A stretch of 64,000 bases of DNA from Candidatus Saccharimonadia bacterium (GTDB taxonomy: Bacteria; Patescibacteriota; Saccharimonadia; UBA4664), in assembly GCA_041743505.1 (NCBI GenBank), contig JBGTMQ010000021.1:521-64520 (forward strand), read 5' to 3'. Below are positions 19,617 through 29,334 of this stretch, piece by piece. Numbering within the stretch: the stretch's first letter is position 1; every line of letters starts with the position of its first letter. The translations under genes were made by a program, and so were the position numbers. The notes below the pieces were generated by a model that searched no databases, was not told where the DNA came from, and was given only the letters and a program-made list of their open reading frames with translations.

Positions 19617-19955
19617 TTACTCGGTGCCGTCATAGGTACGTGACGCCTTACTGGGGCGTTGGTCGAGGAATTCCGAGACGGATTTTTCAACGAGTCCCTG
19701 GTCGTGAGCGCGCCGGTAGGCAACGGTGAGCGTCCTGTCGAACCCAACTAAAGTCAGACCCGAGATGTAATCACCTTCAATGCCGTAGCGGGCGATGATT
19801 GTTTCGCCGAAGCTATGGGCGTCGACAGGGTGGTAGTAGAGGTCGAACTTGTCGCTGGTGTCCGGGTTGGTGTAGGTTCCGAGGAACACACAGGTGTTAC
19901 AGTCATGCTCGTAATGCGGAGGGACTGCGGAGGGTACTGCCGGGTTATTGGCCAT
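19617..19955 (-). CDS. hypothetical protein (112 aa)
   Basis: Clean ORF. Confidence 0.4.
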   Translation of the reverse strand: MANNPAVPSAVPPHYEHDCNTCVFLGTYTNPDTSDKFDLYYHPVDAHSFGETIIARYGIEGDYISGLTLVGFDRTLTVAYRRAHDQGLVEKSVSEFLDQRPSKASRTYDGTE

Positions 19956-20350
19956 GATTATATTATATCATACTTTGCTTGTAATTGCAAATGTCGAGTC
20001 TGTTTTGCGGGCCTATGCTTTGGGTTCAATTGGTTTAAGGCGATCGCTGTGGTCATGCAGGCAGTGTAGAATTTCTATTTTTATATACAAGCAAAACGAC
20101 CCGAAGATCATTTTTGAATAATTACTTAACTCATTGCAGAACTACCCAACTATTATGTGCTCAGTGTCACATAGAGAAATATCGAAAACGTACTCGCGCG
20201 GCGGTTTCTACCATGTCTTTATGATAGAACTGCGGTATCCGAGACTTAAATGGCACCGGAAAATAATTAGCCAAGAATAAGATGGTATTTATGTTATCAG
20301 ATTTAAAAACAGGCCAGCAACGAACTCTCGTTCATCACTGACCCGGTCGA

Positions 20351-21595
20351 TCAACATTGTGGGGCGACGTGTATCAGATTCATCTTGTAACCCCAGCTAT
20401 CCTTTAGCTGGTTGTAGGCATGAAACTGGTTGTCTTTATCGGCCTGATCAGTGGCATCAGTCCAGAATGGAGCGGCAAAGAAGTCGCCTTCATGCCACAT
20501 ATCCTGTCCGGACGGGTCTTTGTACTGACCTTCGATGCGCCACTCACCGCCCACATTCTGGGTCCAGTGCATCCATTTAGGACTCGGGACCTGAAGCTGA
20601 TCGATTGAGTTGAATTGGCGGGTGTAGAACAACACGTTGTTATGGTCGTCCGGCCTGACGAATGTCCGGTAGTCCGAACCGGATAGCCAGCACGCATCAG
20701 GCACATGCACCGGTGGAGGTGGAGGTGCAGCTTGTGTAATCGGTGCGGAATAGACTGGCGCTGGCGGTGACGACGCCTGAGTTGGCTGAGCCGGTTGCAC
20801 TGTAACAGGGATGGGCTCCGCTTTGACGACAGGTTGGGTATCGGCGACGGGTGGAGGGGGTGTGGTGACTACATCTTTCTTCGGTCCCTCATTCAAACTA
20901 CATGGCTCGTACCATACCCGGAGGCCAACCATGCTATAACTCAGACCCACTCCTGCCAAATTGGCGCGCCATATATCGTTCAGGTCTGGGTCATCGGTAA
21001 GCTTGTAAATATCGCCAAGCCGCGCCAGCGCATCAACTCGCGTGAGAATCTGGTTGAGGTTATCACCCTTTGGGATCGTAACCCCAATACAGTCATCTTT
21101 AGCCAGAGCCTCATAGAGAGGGTCGAAAAAGCCAACAAAACTCGCGCCATTCAATGCCTTGAATGCGGCATCTCGAAGGCCTGCGGGTTTTATAGATGAA
21201 ATTACCACATCACTTAGTAGCTTGATGCTTCTAGCCTGTGCTTCAACGCGCGCTTCTGTGGCGGCGATACGAGTACCAATCGCAGCACTGGCTATGAGCA
21301 CGTTAACTTTTGTTGCGATTTCCGTGCCCTTGCGGTTAAAACGGACTTCTACTCCGCTAGGTCCAGTATAAAAATGGCCCCACTGAGTGTACGTTGGCTT
21401 ACCGTCTGCTTGGATTGGAATCTTGTCTGAGTTAGGTATCTGGTGATTAATGATCTGAGTGTAGGGATCATCGAATCCCAGACCAGTAGTGCCTCCGCCC
21501 GGATCTGCAATAACGTTGCTTCTGCTGATCAAAGCAGTGATCGCAATAACGACCACAAGGACTACCCCAAAAATGCTAAGCCTGCGCCAATACAT
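20351..21595 (-). CDS. membrane-anchored/secreted protein with proline-rich linker
   Basis: N-terminal TM anchor (LSIFGVVLVVVIAITALI). Central PPPPV...APPPPPVHVP low-complexity linker. C-terminal globular domain. Confidence 0.5.
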   Translation of the reverse strand: MYWRRLSIFGVVLVVVIAITALISRSNVIADPGGGTTGLGFDDPYTQIINHQIPNSDKIPIQADGKPTYTQWGHFYTGPSGVEVRFNRKGTEIATKVNVLIASAAIGTRIAATEARVEAQARSIKLLSDVVISSIKPAGLRDAAFKALNGASFVGFFDPLYEALAKDDCIGVTIPKGDNLNQILTRVDALARLGDIYKLTDDPDLNDIWRANLAGVGLSYSMVGLRVWYEPCSLNEGPKKDVVTTPPPPVADTQPVVKAEPIPVTVQPAQPTQASSPPAPVYSAPITQAAPPPPPVHVPDACWLSGSDYRTFVRPDDHNNVLFYTRQFNSIDQLQVPSPKWMHWTQNVGGEWRIEGQYKDPSGQDMWHEGDFFAAPFWTDATDQADKDNQFHAYNQLKDSWGYKMNLIHVAPQC

Positions 21596-21678
21596 TTCAG
21601 CTCCCCAGGTTGGTTGGATGTCAAAAAAACGCCGAACCTTATCGGCGATAATTACAATAGATGCTTATACTATGTTTG

Positions 21679-22086
21679 TCAAGACCGAGGGCGGAGATAG
21701 TAGGCCAAAGCAGTGGCTAATAGTGCAACTGAAAGCCACAGCCAGTCATTTTGAATGTGAGCAAACGTATTGCTAACGGTTAAGGCTACGGTAAATAATA
21801 CAGCGAAACCAAGATACCAGTATTTCGCCACAGCTGGTGCAGAAAACCCGAGATCATTCGGTCTAGGGTGTCTCGTCTCGGATATTATATGATATAGACT
21901 AAACCCAAAAGCCAATATCATAAGCTCTAATGGGCCCCAGAAAGTGCGGTCATCTGGGTGATTAAAGTACCAGAAAACAATAAGAAGCCACCAAAAAATA
22001 TCCCCACGCCAAATCGCCCGGTGGGCCGGAGCAATGCTTTGGTAGATAGTAGGCTGTGCTTTATCCATAATTATATGTTTATACAT
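21679..22086 (-). CDS. integral membrane protein, hypothetical
   Basis: 135 aa with 4 hydrophobic segments. Confidence 0.45.
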   Translation of the reverse strand: MYKHIIMDKAQPTIYQSIAPAHRAIWRGDIFWWLLIVFWYFNHPDDRTFWGPLELMILAFGFSLYHIISETRHPRPNDLGFSAPAVAKYWYLGFAVLFTVALTVSNTFAHIQNDWLWLSVALLATALAYYLRPRS

Positions 22087-22259
22087 GAATTGCCTTTAAA
22101 TAGCAAGTTTAACTACGTGATTTAAATTTTGGCGGGCACTACGGGTTCCTATATCTAAGGCTATAACCGATGAAAGTAGCTCTACAGAAACAAAAATAGC
22201 TGCAATGGCGGCTGAAAATAACCACTGGAAGGCCACAGTACTAGCCGTCGCAACTAGCT

Positions 22260-22664
22260 TTAGGATTCCTTCTGGCCCGAAAACCAGCTTGGATAAGCCT
22301 TTGGTAGAAGGTCTGTGATCTTCACTTTTTGAACGACACCGCCAAATTCAGTAATCACAAAAATGTTGGGGGCATAGTCAAGAAGTAGCTGACGACAAAC
22401 ACCGCAGGGCGGTATGACGCCGCGATCATTGTTGCCTACGGCCACAATGGCGGTAAAATTCTTCTTCCCTTCGCTAATTGCTTTGCCCAAAACAATTAGC
22501 TCCGCATCAGCTCCTCCCCCTTGAGCAAATATATTCACGCCAGTATAGATCGTTCCATCACTGGCCAGCGCCGCTCCGACGGTATGAAGCGAATCATCGC
22601 CATATTTATCAATAATAGTTTGAGCAGCTTTTATCAGGTCTTTATCATGAGTGGTTAATTCCAT
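22260..22664 (-). CDS. cytidine/deoxycytidylate-deaminase-family protein (blasticidin-S-deaminase-like)
   Basis: Zinc-binding PCGVCRQ motif and small size of 134 aa. Confidence 0.55.
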   Translation of the reverse strand: MELTTHDKDLIKAAQTIIDKYGDDSLHTVGAALASDGTIYTGVNIFAQGGGADAELIVLGKAISEGKKNFTAIVAVGNNDRGVIPPCGVCRQLLLDYAPNIFVITEFGGVVQKVKITDLLPKAYPSWFSGQKES

Positions 22665-22709
22665 GGCTAAACTATACCAAAATAAAAAGACCTCCTTAGA
22701 ACTGCGGCG

Positions 22710-23201
22710 CTAGATTATGTCAAATGTTTGGACGGGGCCGTGCCAAACTTCAGTATTTAATGCGACTTCCTTGAACTGTCCTTGGGTAATCTTGTTGATC
22801 ACTTTCCGCCAAAAGCGTGTTGCCAGATCGTTTGCTTCCATTTGCGCAACCTCCCATCTGCCGGGAAATTTTGCGAATGTTAATGCTGCCGCCCGCTCCC
22901 CCACTCCGTTTTGTCGAAACGTTGGAGCAACATAAAATTCGGCGATGGAGTGAGCCTGAATTTGAGTAATAGTAAGGGTGTTTACCAGAACGAAGCCACC
23001 TATTTCGTGGTTAACCATTATGAAGAATGCCGCCCGTTCGGAGTCGGTAAAATAATCTGGTAAATATTTATAGGTTTTGATTTCATTCGGGCTATTACCG
23101 CTATAAGGGAGAAGCTCGCGCTGGTACTCGTAGAGAAGTTGAGACAGAATGTCACTGTCCTTTTCGTCTATGGTCTTAAGGCTGACGGTTGCGGTTTGCA
23201 T
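22710..23201 (-). CDS. GNAT-family N-acetyltransferase
   Basis: ...FRQNGVGERAAALTFAKF... acetyl-CoA-binding motif (Q/RxxGxG/A). Confidence 0.6.
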   Translation of the reverse strand: MQTATVSLKTIDEKDSDILSQLLYEYQRELLPYSGNSPNEIKTYKYLPDYFTDSERAAFFIMVNHEIGGFVLVNTLTITQIQAHSIAEFYVAPTFRQNGVGERAAALTFAKFPGRWEVAQMEANDLATRFWRKVINKITQGQFKEVALNTEVWHGPVQTFDII

Positions 23202-23318
23202 AAGAGTCTCCTGCTCTGACCAACTGAGCTACGAGCGCAATCCCTAATCAGTTAGGTTGGCGATTTGATCCGCGAAATCGTCGAGTTTATGTTGGACGAC
23301 GTCCCATATTATCTCAAA

Positions 23319-23609
23319 CTATAGTACTGAAACCAGCTCTGGCGTTATATATGGCTCAAAATGTCGATTTAACTTTGTTGCGACGTCTACTCGTCTGCTC
23401 AGCCGTTCCTCAAGTTCATACTGTAAACCCCCAAGGTCGAGGTATGTCCTGCCTACGCCTAGCTCCACTAATAAGTCCAGGTCGCTGTCCGGCGTAGCCT
23501 CTCCACGCGCATAGCTACCAAAGACATGGGCCTTTGTGACCCCATATTTGTGAAGGATTTCTTTAAGCTCAGTTAAAGGTATTGGTAAGTCTAGATCTTG
23601 TACGGTCAT
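23319..23609 (-). CDS. minimal nucleotidyltransferase (MNT/MntA-like, Pol-beta superfamily)
   Basis: GSYARGEATPDSDLDLLV motif (GSx9-13DxD). Confidence 0.7.
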   Translation of the reverse strand: MTVQDLDLPIPLTELKEILHKYGVTKAHVFGSYARGEATPDSDLDLLVELGVGRTYLDLGGLQYELEERLSRRVDVATKLNRHFEPYITPELVSVL

Positions 23610-23986
23610 ATTCAGATTATAGCAGTATGTGCTGTACGGATCGTCCTTTATATCTAAAGGACTAGAAATTGATCATACGAATTAGACGCGGTACAGGTCC
23701 AGGGGTCGGCGCTGCGATAGATGATTTCTGGAGGGCCATCTGCGACACTATTGCAACTAAACTACGAGAAAAAGAGACTTATATTCTACAGACATTTGAA
23801 CCCTAAACATTTACAGTTTTAGTGTGGATGTCAAAAATGATAGGCCATTCGTTCAACTCAATGAAAAAGAACTGGCAAAATTCAAGAAGCTATGTAAAAA
23901 ATATGGAATTCATTATAAAACCGAGCACGAATATATTAAGTCAGCTCAAGCTCTGTGCCTATTTGTTCATTCTTGCATAGAAGGAT

Positions 23987-25261
23987 CTAAGAAGTCGGTA
24001 AATTGAAGGTCGGCATTTCACTCTGTCCAATCTGGACGTTGCCCTGATATCCAGGATGCTGAATAAGCTCACAATTGCACGTGGGGCTGAAATACGTGGT
24101 TTGACCGGGCGATATAATTCTTGCGGGTGCTTCCCAGCCGATAGAAGCCAGAAAGACACCTGCAACGTGTGACTTTCGTTTCTGACCGTGCTGCTTTTGT
24201 AACACATATGCAGCAGCAGTTTTGAGAATAGCGAAAGACTCTGGGGATAAGGAATAAGCACCGATTGTGACGATGCCAGTTGACGATGGGTCCAATTGAC
24301 CCTTCTTAGATGACGCAGCCTTGTCAAGCTGCAATTCAATCTCCTTTACCGCTTGACTGTATTCAATTGGCTGTTTCTTTGGTGCTCGGAACGCCTGAGG
24401 AGTTTTGAGCTCGATACCGACATATTCAGTCAAGGAAGGCCGCAAACGCAAATCAGGTATACGGCCATCTCCGTGCTCTCCATAGACAATTTCAACCCCA
24501 TTGCCTGAGTCGGTGAGATAACTTGCGACAAGTAAAAGCATAGTTGTGTGACGAACTTCATCAACATCTGTGATCGCTTGAATGAGTTCTGGAAAAGCCG
24601 GGTGATTTTTCCAACGTCGAAACAGTACAACATCCCAAAGCAACTCCGCAAGAACATCACCGTCAATAGTAATCATATTGCTTGATTCGTCGTTTGATTC
24701 CATATTGTTGGCCAATGTATCTGCCTCTTCAATCAACACGATGAGTGGGTGACGCTTGGATGGTGGCGTCTTCGATGCCTTGCCGGCAAGATCAGACTTT
24801 TGCAGCTTTTCGTAACGTACGCCCAGCAACTCACGGATTTCCTGTGCGAATTCCCGTAACGCAGTAGGATCAGTCTTCACTCCCTCGCCTGCAATTCCGA
24901 TCCCCACTTCTGTGGAGTAGTCTGCCAAGGTTTGCTCACTGATAAGCGAAGCGTGTGCGATGTTAATTGTGTCCGAGATGAGAAATCGGCCTGGTGGTAC
25001 AACAGCGGCAGCAGGAATTGCTTGACCAGGTGGTCGCTTCGGTGCAATACCGATGACTTCACATTTTGGACATCGAATACCAAGATCAAAGAGCTGACCG
25101 ACATATAGGTCGATAGCAAGAACGGTATCACATCCTGGGCAAAGCCAATCAATCCCAGCTTTGTTAGTACCGGCGAATAAAGGTGCCAATGTTGGATTAA
25201 AAATACCGACGTCATCTCCTGACCCGTCTAGAAGACTCAAATGCTGCTGTGTACTGCCCAT
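23987..25261 (-). CDS. hypothetical protein with N-terminal C4 zinc ribbon; possible PD-(D/E)xK nuclease motif
   Basis: CPGC...CPKC near the N-terminus. ...GRIPDLRL...YVGIELK... resembles a PD...ExK active site. Inference only. Confidence 0.4.
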   Translation of the reverse strand: MGSTQQHLSLLDGSGDDVGIFNPTLAPLFAGTNKAGIDWLCPGCDTVLAIDLYVGQLFDLGIRCPKCEVIGIAPKRPPGQAIPAAAVVPPGRFLISDTINIAHASLISEQTLADYSTEVGIGIAGEGVKTDPTALREFAQEIRELLGVRYEKLQKSDLAGKASKTPPSKRHPLIVLIEEADTLANNMESNDESSNMITIDGDVLAELLWDVVLFRRWKNHPAFPELIQAITDVDEVRHTTMLLLVASYLTDSGNGVEIVYGEHGDGRIPDLRLRPSLTEYVGIELKTPQAFRAPKKQPIEYSQAVKEIELQLDKAASSKKGQLDPSSTGIVTIGAYSLSPESFAILKTAAAYVLQKQHGQKRKSHVAGVFLASIGWEAPARIISPGQTTYFSPTCNCELIQHPGYQGNVQIGQSEMPTFNLPTS

Positions 25262-25562
25262 AATTCTTCATCCTGTCTAGTAAAAAGGATACGCTGAAGA
25301 TACGTTCAATAAAAATGCTGATGCTTTGGGACCAGAAGGGGCTCGAACTTTTGCAACAGATAACAAAAAAGCCTCTCGCATTTGAGAGGCTAAGGTACGA
25401 ACCAAATTGTATCTGGATAAATACTTTTGGAGGGCCGTAAGGACCACGCTTGGAACCTTTTTCTTGAAAGTCTGGTGATCCTGAGCAAGAAATTAGATTC
25501 GCTCGGATTCGTGTACATCGATGGCCGCGTATCTATCACCAAGCCAGACGCGGAGGTGAGCC

Positions 25563-26045
25563 GTGTTTAGCTTTTTGCATCGACATAAGCCGTCCCCTGC
25601 CGGTCTACTAACTTCGCAGCTATTTAATGACGCCACGTTCTATCCAGCCTTTGTCCACGACTTAAATCGATGCCGTATTGAGGCGATCATTGAGAGCCCG
25701 TTTATAACGACAAAACGCGCTGCTTTTCTTGCTCCTGTATTAATGAGTCTTAAGCGGCGCGGCGTTAGAGTAATTATTAACACCCGTGATCCCAATGAGC
25801 ACGAGACGCACATGCGTATTCAATCCCGAATGGCGGTCGAGGAGTTCCAGCAGGCAGGCGTTCAGGTTCTGTATACGGACAAACACCACAGGAAGCTGGC
25901 TATTCTGGATGGCGAAATTTTATGGGAGGGCAGCCTTAATATTCTCTCCCAAAATGACAGCTGCGAAGTTATGAGGAGGGTTGAGTCTGCAGGGCTAGCT
26001 ATGCAGATGCTACAGTTCGTGAAACTAGATAAATTCTTAAGATGA
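25563..26045 (+). CDS. phospholipase-D-like (HKD) nuclease, Nuc-like
   Basis: Single HKD motif: HRKLAILDGEILWEGSLNILSQND matches HxK(x)4D(x)6GSxN. GTG start. Confidence 0.65.
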   Translation: MFSFLHRHKPSPAGLLTSQLFNDATFYPAFVHDLNRCRIEAIIESPFITTKRAAFLAPVLMSLKRRGVRVIINTRDPNEHETHMRIQSRMAVEEFQQAGVQVLYTDKHHRKLAILDGEILWEGSLNILSQNDSCEVMRRVESAGLAMQMLQFVKLDKFLR

Positions 26046-26061
26046 TATACTGCGAGGCAAT

Positions 26062-26271
26062 ATGGCAAACGATTACGAACTTAACGAGCAAGATATCGAC
26101 AGCACGATCCGATATCTCAAGACCATCGACCCCGGGAACGCTACCCCGGAGATGGCGATAGCCTTTCTGGAAGAGCTGCAAGCTGGCGTCCATTCGCTAG
26201 CCCATACTAAGCCGGAACTCCTTGAGAAGATTTACAAGGACTTAATAGAGAAGAATCGGCTCGAAAAATAA
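26062..26271 (+). CDS. small hypothetical protein (69 aa)
   Basis: ORF immediately after the PLD gene. Confidence 0.3.
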   Translation: MANDYELNEQDIDSTIRYLKTIDPGNATPEMAIAFLEELQAGVHSLAHTKPELLEKIYKDLIEKNRLEK

Positions 26272-26273
26272 GC

Positions 26274-26489
26274 CTAGAAGGGCAAGATTTCGGATGACTT
26301 CACGCCTAATGCCCTTGTAAGCTTTTCAAGGGTTTCGATGGTTGGCTGCTGCTCACTGCGCTCAATCCTGGCGTAGAAATTTGTGCTCAGGCCGGCCTTC
26401 TCTGCAACATCCGCTTGAGTCAGACCCATTTTACGCCTGATAGCTTTTAAGCTGGATGCGATTTCTTGAGTAGTTTTATCTGTGTTCAT
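26274..26489 (-). CDS. XRE-family HTH transcriptional regulator
   Basis: GLTQADVAEKAGLSTNFYARIERSEQQPTIETLEKLTRAL is a classic HTH_3. Confidence 0.7.
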   Translation of the reverse strand: MNTDKTTQEIASSLKAIRRKMGLTQADVAEKAGLSTNFYARIERSEQQPTIETLEKLTRALGVKSSEILPF

Positions 26490-26545
26490 TGGTTATCATT
26501 TTTTTAGAATTATTGACAAATTATAGATATATTTTAACACATATC

Positions 26546-27013
26546 TCATGTCTCTGATTTGATAAGGTTTGTTACAGCTGTGTAGATATCCTTATACGGT
26601 GCATAGAAGGTGTTTGAAGAAAACTTGTGGGCACGCTGCTCACTTTTCTCTTCATCGTAAACATCCACATCTTCATTAAAGTATGTCTCATAGAAGTCTC
26701 GCTTATCCGTGAATATGACTTTGGGTATATCCTCATCAATGCGATCGCTAAACTGGTCGGCGGTCAAATCGATGACATGGCCTCTGTATTCTACCCATGC
26801 GTGTGAGCTATCCAGCCCTGGGTGGTCAGAACTACTCGATGCACATATATATCTCATGCCTGTGTATCCAGAATCCAGCATCAATCTGATTAGAATGTCA
26901 CAGGTTATACTACAGCAACCAGCAGGAAACCGCCCTTGATAAACAGGCATATCCGCAGGCAGGTCTTCGAGTGCTGCTCGTAGTTTAAGGGCCATGTCGT
27001 GAAGTTCTTTCAT
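26546..27013 (-). CDS. transglutaminase-like cysteine peptidase superfamily protein
   Basis: GCCSITCD...HAWVEY...IDLTADQ matches the Cys / HAWVEVY / D-T core of transglutaminase-like domains. Confidence 0.45.
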   Translation of the reverse strand: MKELHDMALKLRAALEDLPADMPVYQGRFPAGCCSITCDILIRLMLDSGYTGMRYICASSSSDHPGLDSSHAWVEYRGHVIDLTADQFSDRIDEDIPKVIFTDKRDFYETYFNEDVDVYDEEKSEQRAHKFSSNTFYAPYKDIYTAVTNLIKSET

Positions 27014-27025
27014 CGGCCAGGTCTA

Positions 27026-27442
27026 TCAAAGCCCACAATTGTCACTAGTCCACTTTTTGACGCTTGACTCTGCCGATATGCCGCTTAGACTTGCGGACAA
27101 GGCTTGCGAAGGGTCTTTTTCGATTTTCTCGAAAACGGATTTTAAGATTTTTACATCAGGCTCAATATCGCTAGGCGCTACTTTATCCAGGCGAGCAAAT
27201 GCCTCGGCAAAGTCCCTTGCACTGCTTGAGCGGCGAGAGAAGACAGCAACACTGTATGCGTCTCCTTTTGCATTGGCCAGTTTTGTGTTCTCGGTTTTGT
27301 AAACTTCGCAGTAAGCTGTTGCTGATCGTTGTGGCCGCATAAAAAGTATAGTGACAACCGCAAGCGTGATCATCAGGATAACAAGAATAATTCGATTCAT
27401 AGTACTCAGGCCGGAAAGCTTAGTCTTTATTTTTTGCTGCAT
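27026..27442 (-). CDS. membrane-anchored hypothetical protein
   Basis: N-terminal signal anchor RIILVILMITLAVVTILF. Confidence 0.45.
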   Translation of the reverse strand: MQQKIKTKLSGLSTMNRIILVILMITLAVVTILFMRPQRSATAYCEVYKTENTKLANAKGDAYSVAVFSRRSSSARDFAEAFARLDKVAPSDIEPDVKILKSVFEKIEKDPSQALSASLSGISAESSVKKWTSDNCGL

Positions 27443-27566
27443 GAGCTGATTATAGCATTCACGGCCAAAGTGCTTGTGCTAATTGTGTTAATATGTTCTG
27501 ATTTTGGTTTCAGATATGTTTGTGCTAATCTCTGAATATCAGCCGTTGCGCTGTGAGGAGGTCATT

Positions 27567-27908
27567 GTGAGAAAGTACGATGCAGCTAAATTTATGTCGG
27601 TATTCCTCATTATTGGGGTGCCATTTGTTTTAATACACCCGGCATTTGCCGCCGACGGCAGCGTTGGTCAAGTTGAGACCTTTATCCGTAGCATCATTAA
27701 GGTAGTAGCCGGTTTGGCTGGGCTTGTCGCAACCGGCTTTTTTGTTGTTGGCGGTTTCGGGTATATCACGAGTTCGGGCAACCCGGAACATCTCGACCGT
27801 TCAAAGCGCACTCTCTTATTCGCGGCCTTAGGTCTGGCAATTACAATTGGTGCTTTCGTTTTGAGTAACATCATCACGAGCTTAGCAACGAGCGCCTTCG
27901 GGAGTTAG
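27567..27908 (+). CDS. TrbC/VirB2-like conjugative pilin
   Basis: Signal peptide ending AFA-AD, two hydrophobic helices, and motif ...GGFGYITSSGNPEHLDRSKR. GTG start with GAGGAGG 5 nt upstream; ORF from 27504. Confidence 0.5.
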   Translation: MRKYDAAKFMSVFLIIGVPFVLIHPAFAADGSVGQVETFIRSIIKVVAGLAGLVATGFFVVGGFGYITSSGNPEHLDRSKRTLLFAALGLAITIGAFVLSNIITSLATSAFGS

Positions 27909-27909
27909 T

Positions 27910-29334
27910 ATGAGTTTTCTTGCGGCCGCTCCTTTTATGCTGCTGGCCGATGCGACTGCCGCATCCAATGTGATGCGGTCGTTTGTGACGCCGATGGTAA
28001 GTACTCTCATAGCGATTGCTTCAATTGCTGTGGTGTTCTTCTTGATAAACGGTGGCATACAATTTATGACAAGCTCGGGTAATCCTGAGCGGTTGGAGCA
28101 TGCCAAAAAGGTAATTCGAAACGCCCTTATCGGCCTAGTAATGGTTATTGCCGCGGGTACTTTAACGGCGATATTGAGTCATGCCTACACTAGCGCAGGG
28201 CCAGCTGCTACCGAGAAGCTTCCGCAGATGGTGACCATTCAGCCGGGACCTGCATCGAATGGGCTGGTGGAGGCCATGATTAATACGGTCATGGGCTTTC
28301 TCAAGGCTGTGATTGAGTCTGCGGCCAAGCCATTTCTGGATGCACTACATTTCTTTACTAGCTCAACACCCTCCATGGCCGAAAACTCTAGCGTCTTTAA
28401 TCTTTGGCTGACAGTGGTTGGCATTGCTGATGCGCTTTTTGTCTTGGCAGTAGCCTTGCTAGGCTTCCATGTGATGAGCTTTGCGACGTTTGGCCTTGAA
28501 GAGATCGAATTTAAGCATTTGCTGCCTAAGATTGCTCTAGTGTTCCTCCTTGTGAACACATCGATTTTTGCCATTGATGCGGTTATTGCAGTATCCAATG
28601 CAATGATTAGCGCCGTAAATGCCGGGGCTTCATCAAAGTCGGTTTGGGAGTCGCTGAGTGCAGTCGTCAGCCAACCGGAGACCATTGGACTGGCTGGACT
28701 GCTGGTCATGGTGGCCTTCGTGGTCTTGTCGGTCATACTCATTGTTTATTATGTGTTGCGCTTGGTGACGCTATACATCGGGGCGGCACTGTCCCCTATC
28801 GTTTTTCTGCTTTGGCTTCTGCCTGGGTTTAAGGATTTTGCCGAAACAACCGCTAGGACGTATTTCAGTACAATTTTTGTGCTTTTCATTCACGTTGTCA
28901 TCCTGCAGCTCGCGGCTTCCCTTGTTGGAGGCGTGGCGCTGGCGACTCCCGACCAGGCGCTTGATCCGCTTATGTCGATGATCGTAGGTATTGCCACGAT
29001 ACTTGCGCTCCTGAAGACACAAAGCGTTCTTATGCAGCTATCGTTTGTAAGTTTGGGGCCGAAGACAGCGGCCATGCTTGGCGGGCAGCTAAGCAACGCC
29101 ATTAGTTACTATTCCGGAAAATCGGGCAGGTCATCTGTCGATAGGGGTGCCGATGACGGACGGTACAGCGAGAAGTCCAAGCGCGGATCAACATCGACGG
29201 CGAACTACTCAAGTACGACTCGAACGGCGCCAGCTGCAGCGACACCACCACAGCGGGCCAAGCCAGATGGGGCGGCCTCGGGCTCACCGCATAAAACCAG
29301 AGTGGCACCTAGATCAAAGAAAGGAGGTACATAA
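27910..29334 (+). CDS. pilin-like N-terminal domain fused to VirB6/TrbL-like polytopic membrane protein
   Basis: Residues 1-95 are paralogous to the upstream pilin (FLINGGIQFMTSSGNPERLEHAKK), followed by 6 or more TM segments and an S/T/P-rich C-terminal tail. Confidence 0.5.
   Translation: MSFLAAAPFMLLADATAASNVMRSFVTPMVSTLIAIASIAVVFFLINGGIQFMTSSGNPERLEHAKKVIRNALIGLVMVIAAGTLTAILSHAYTSAGPAATEKLPQMVTIQPGPASNGLVEAMINTVMGFLKAVIESAAKPFLDALHFFTSSTPSMAENSSVFNLWLTVVGIADALFVLAVALLGFHVMSFATFGLEEIEFKHLLPKIALVFLLVNTSIFAIDAVIAVSNAMISAVNAGASSKSVWESLSAVVSQPETIGLAGLLVMVAFVVLSVILIVYYVLRLVTLYIGAALSPIVFLLWLLPGFKDFAETTARTYFSTIFVLFIHVVILQLAASLVGGVALATPDQALDPLMSMIVGIATILALLKTQSVLMQLSFVSLGPKTAAMLGGQLSNAISYYSGKSGRSSVDRGADDGRYSEKSKRGSTSTANYSSTTRTAPAAATPPQRAKPDGAASGSPHKTRVAPRSKKGGT

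Noticed and set aside
23824-24006. 60-aa plus-strand ORF between the MNT and Zn-ribbon genes
   Set aside because: Plausible micro-protein (Lys-rich, low GC) but no motif or RBS support. Overlaps the 3' end of the 23987-25261 gene. Left unannotated.
28239-29308. Minus-strand ORFs (28239-28742, 28771-29022, 28890-29102, 29102-29308) inside the VirB6-like gene
   Set aside because: Antisense to a coherent polytopic membrane protein gene. Low-complexity translations.
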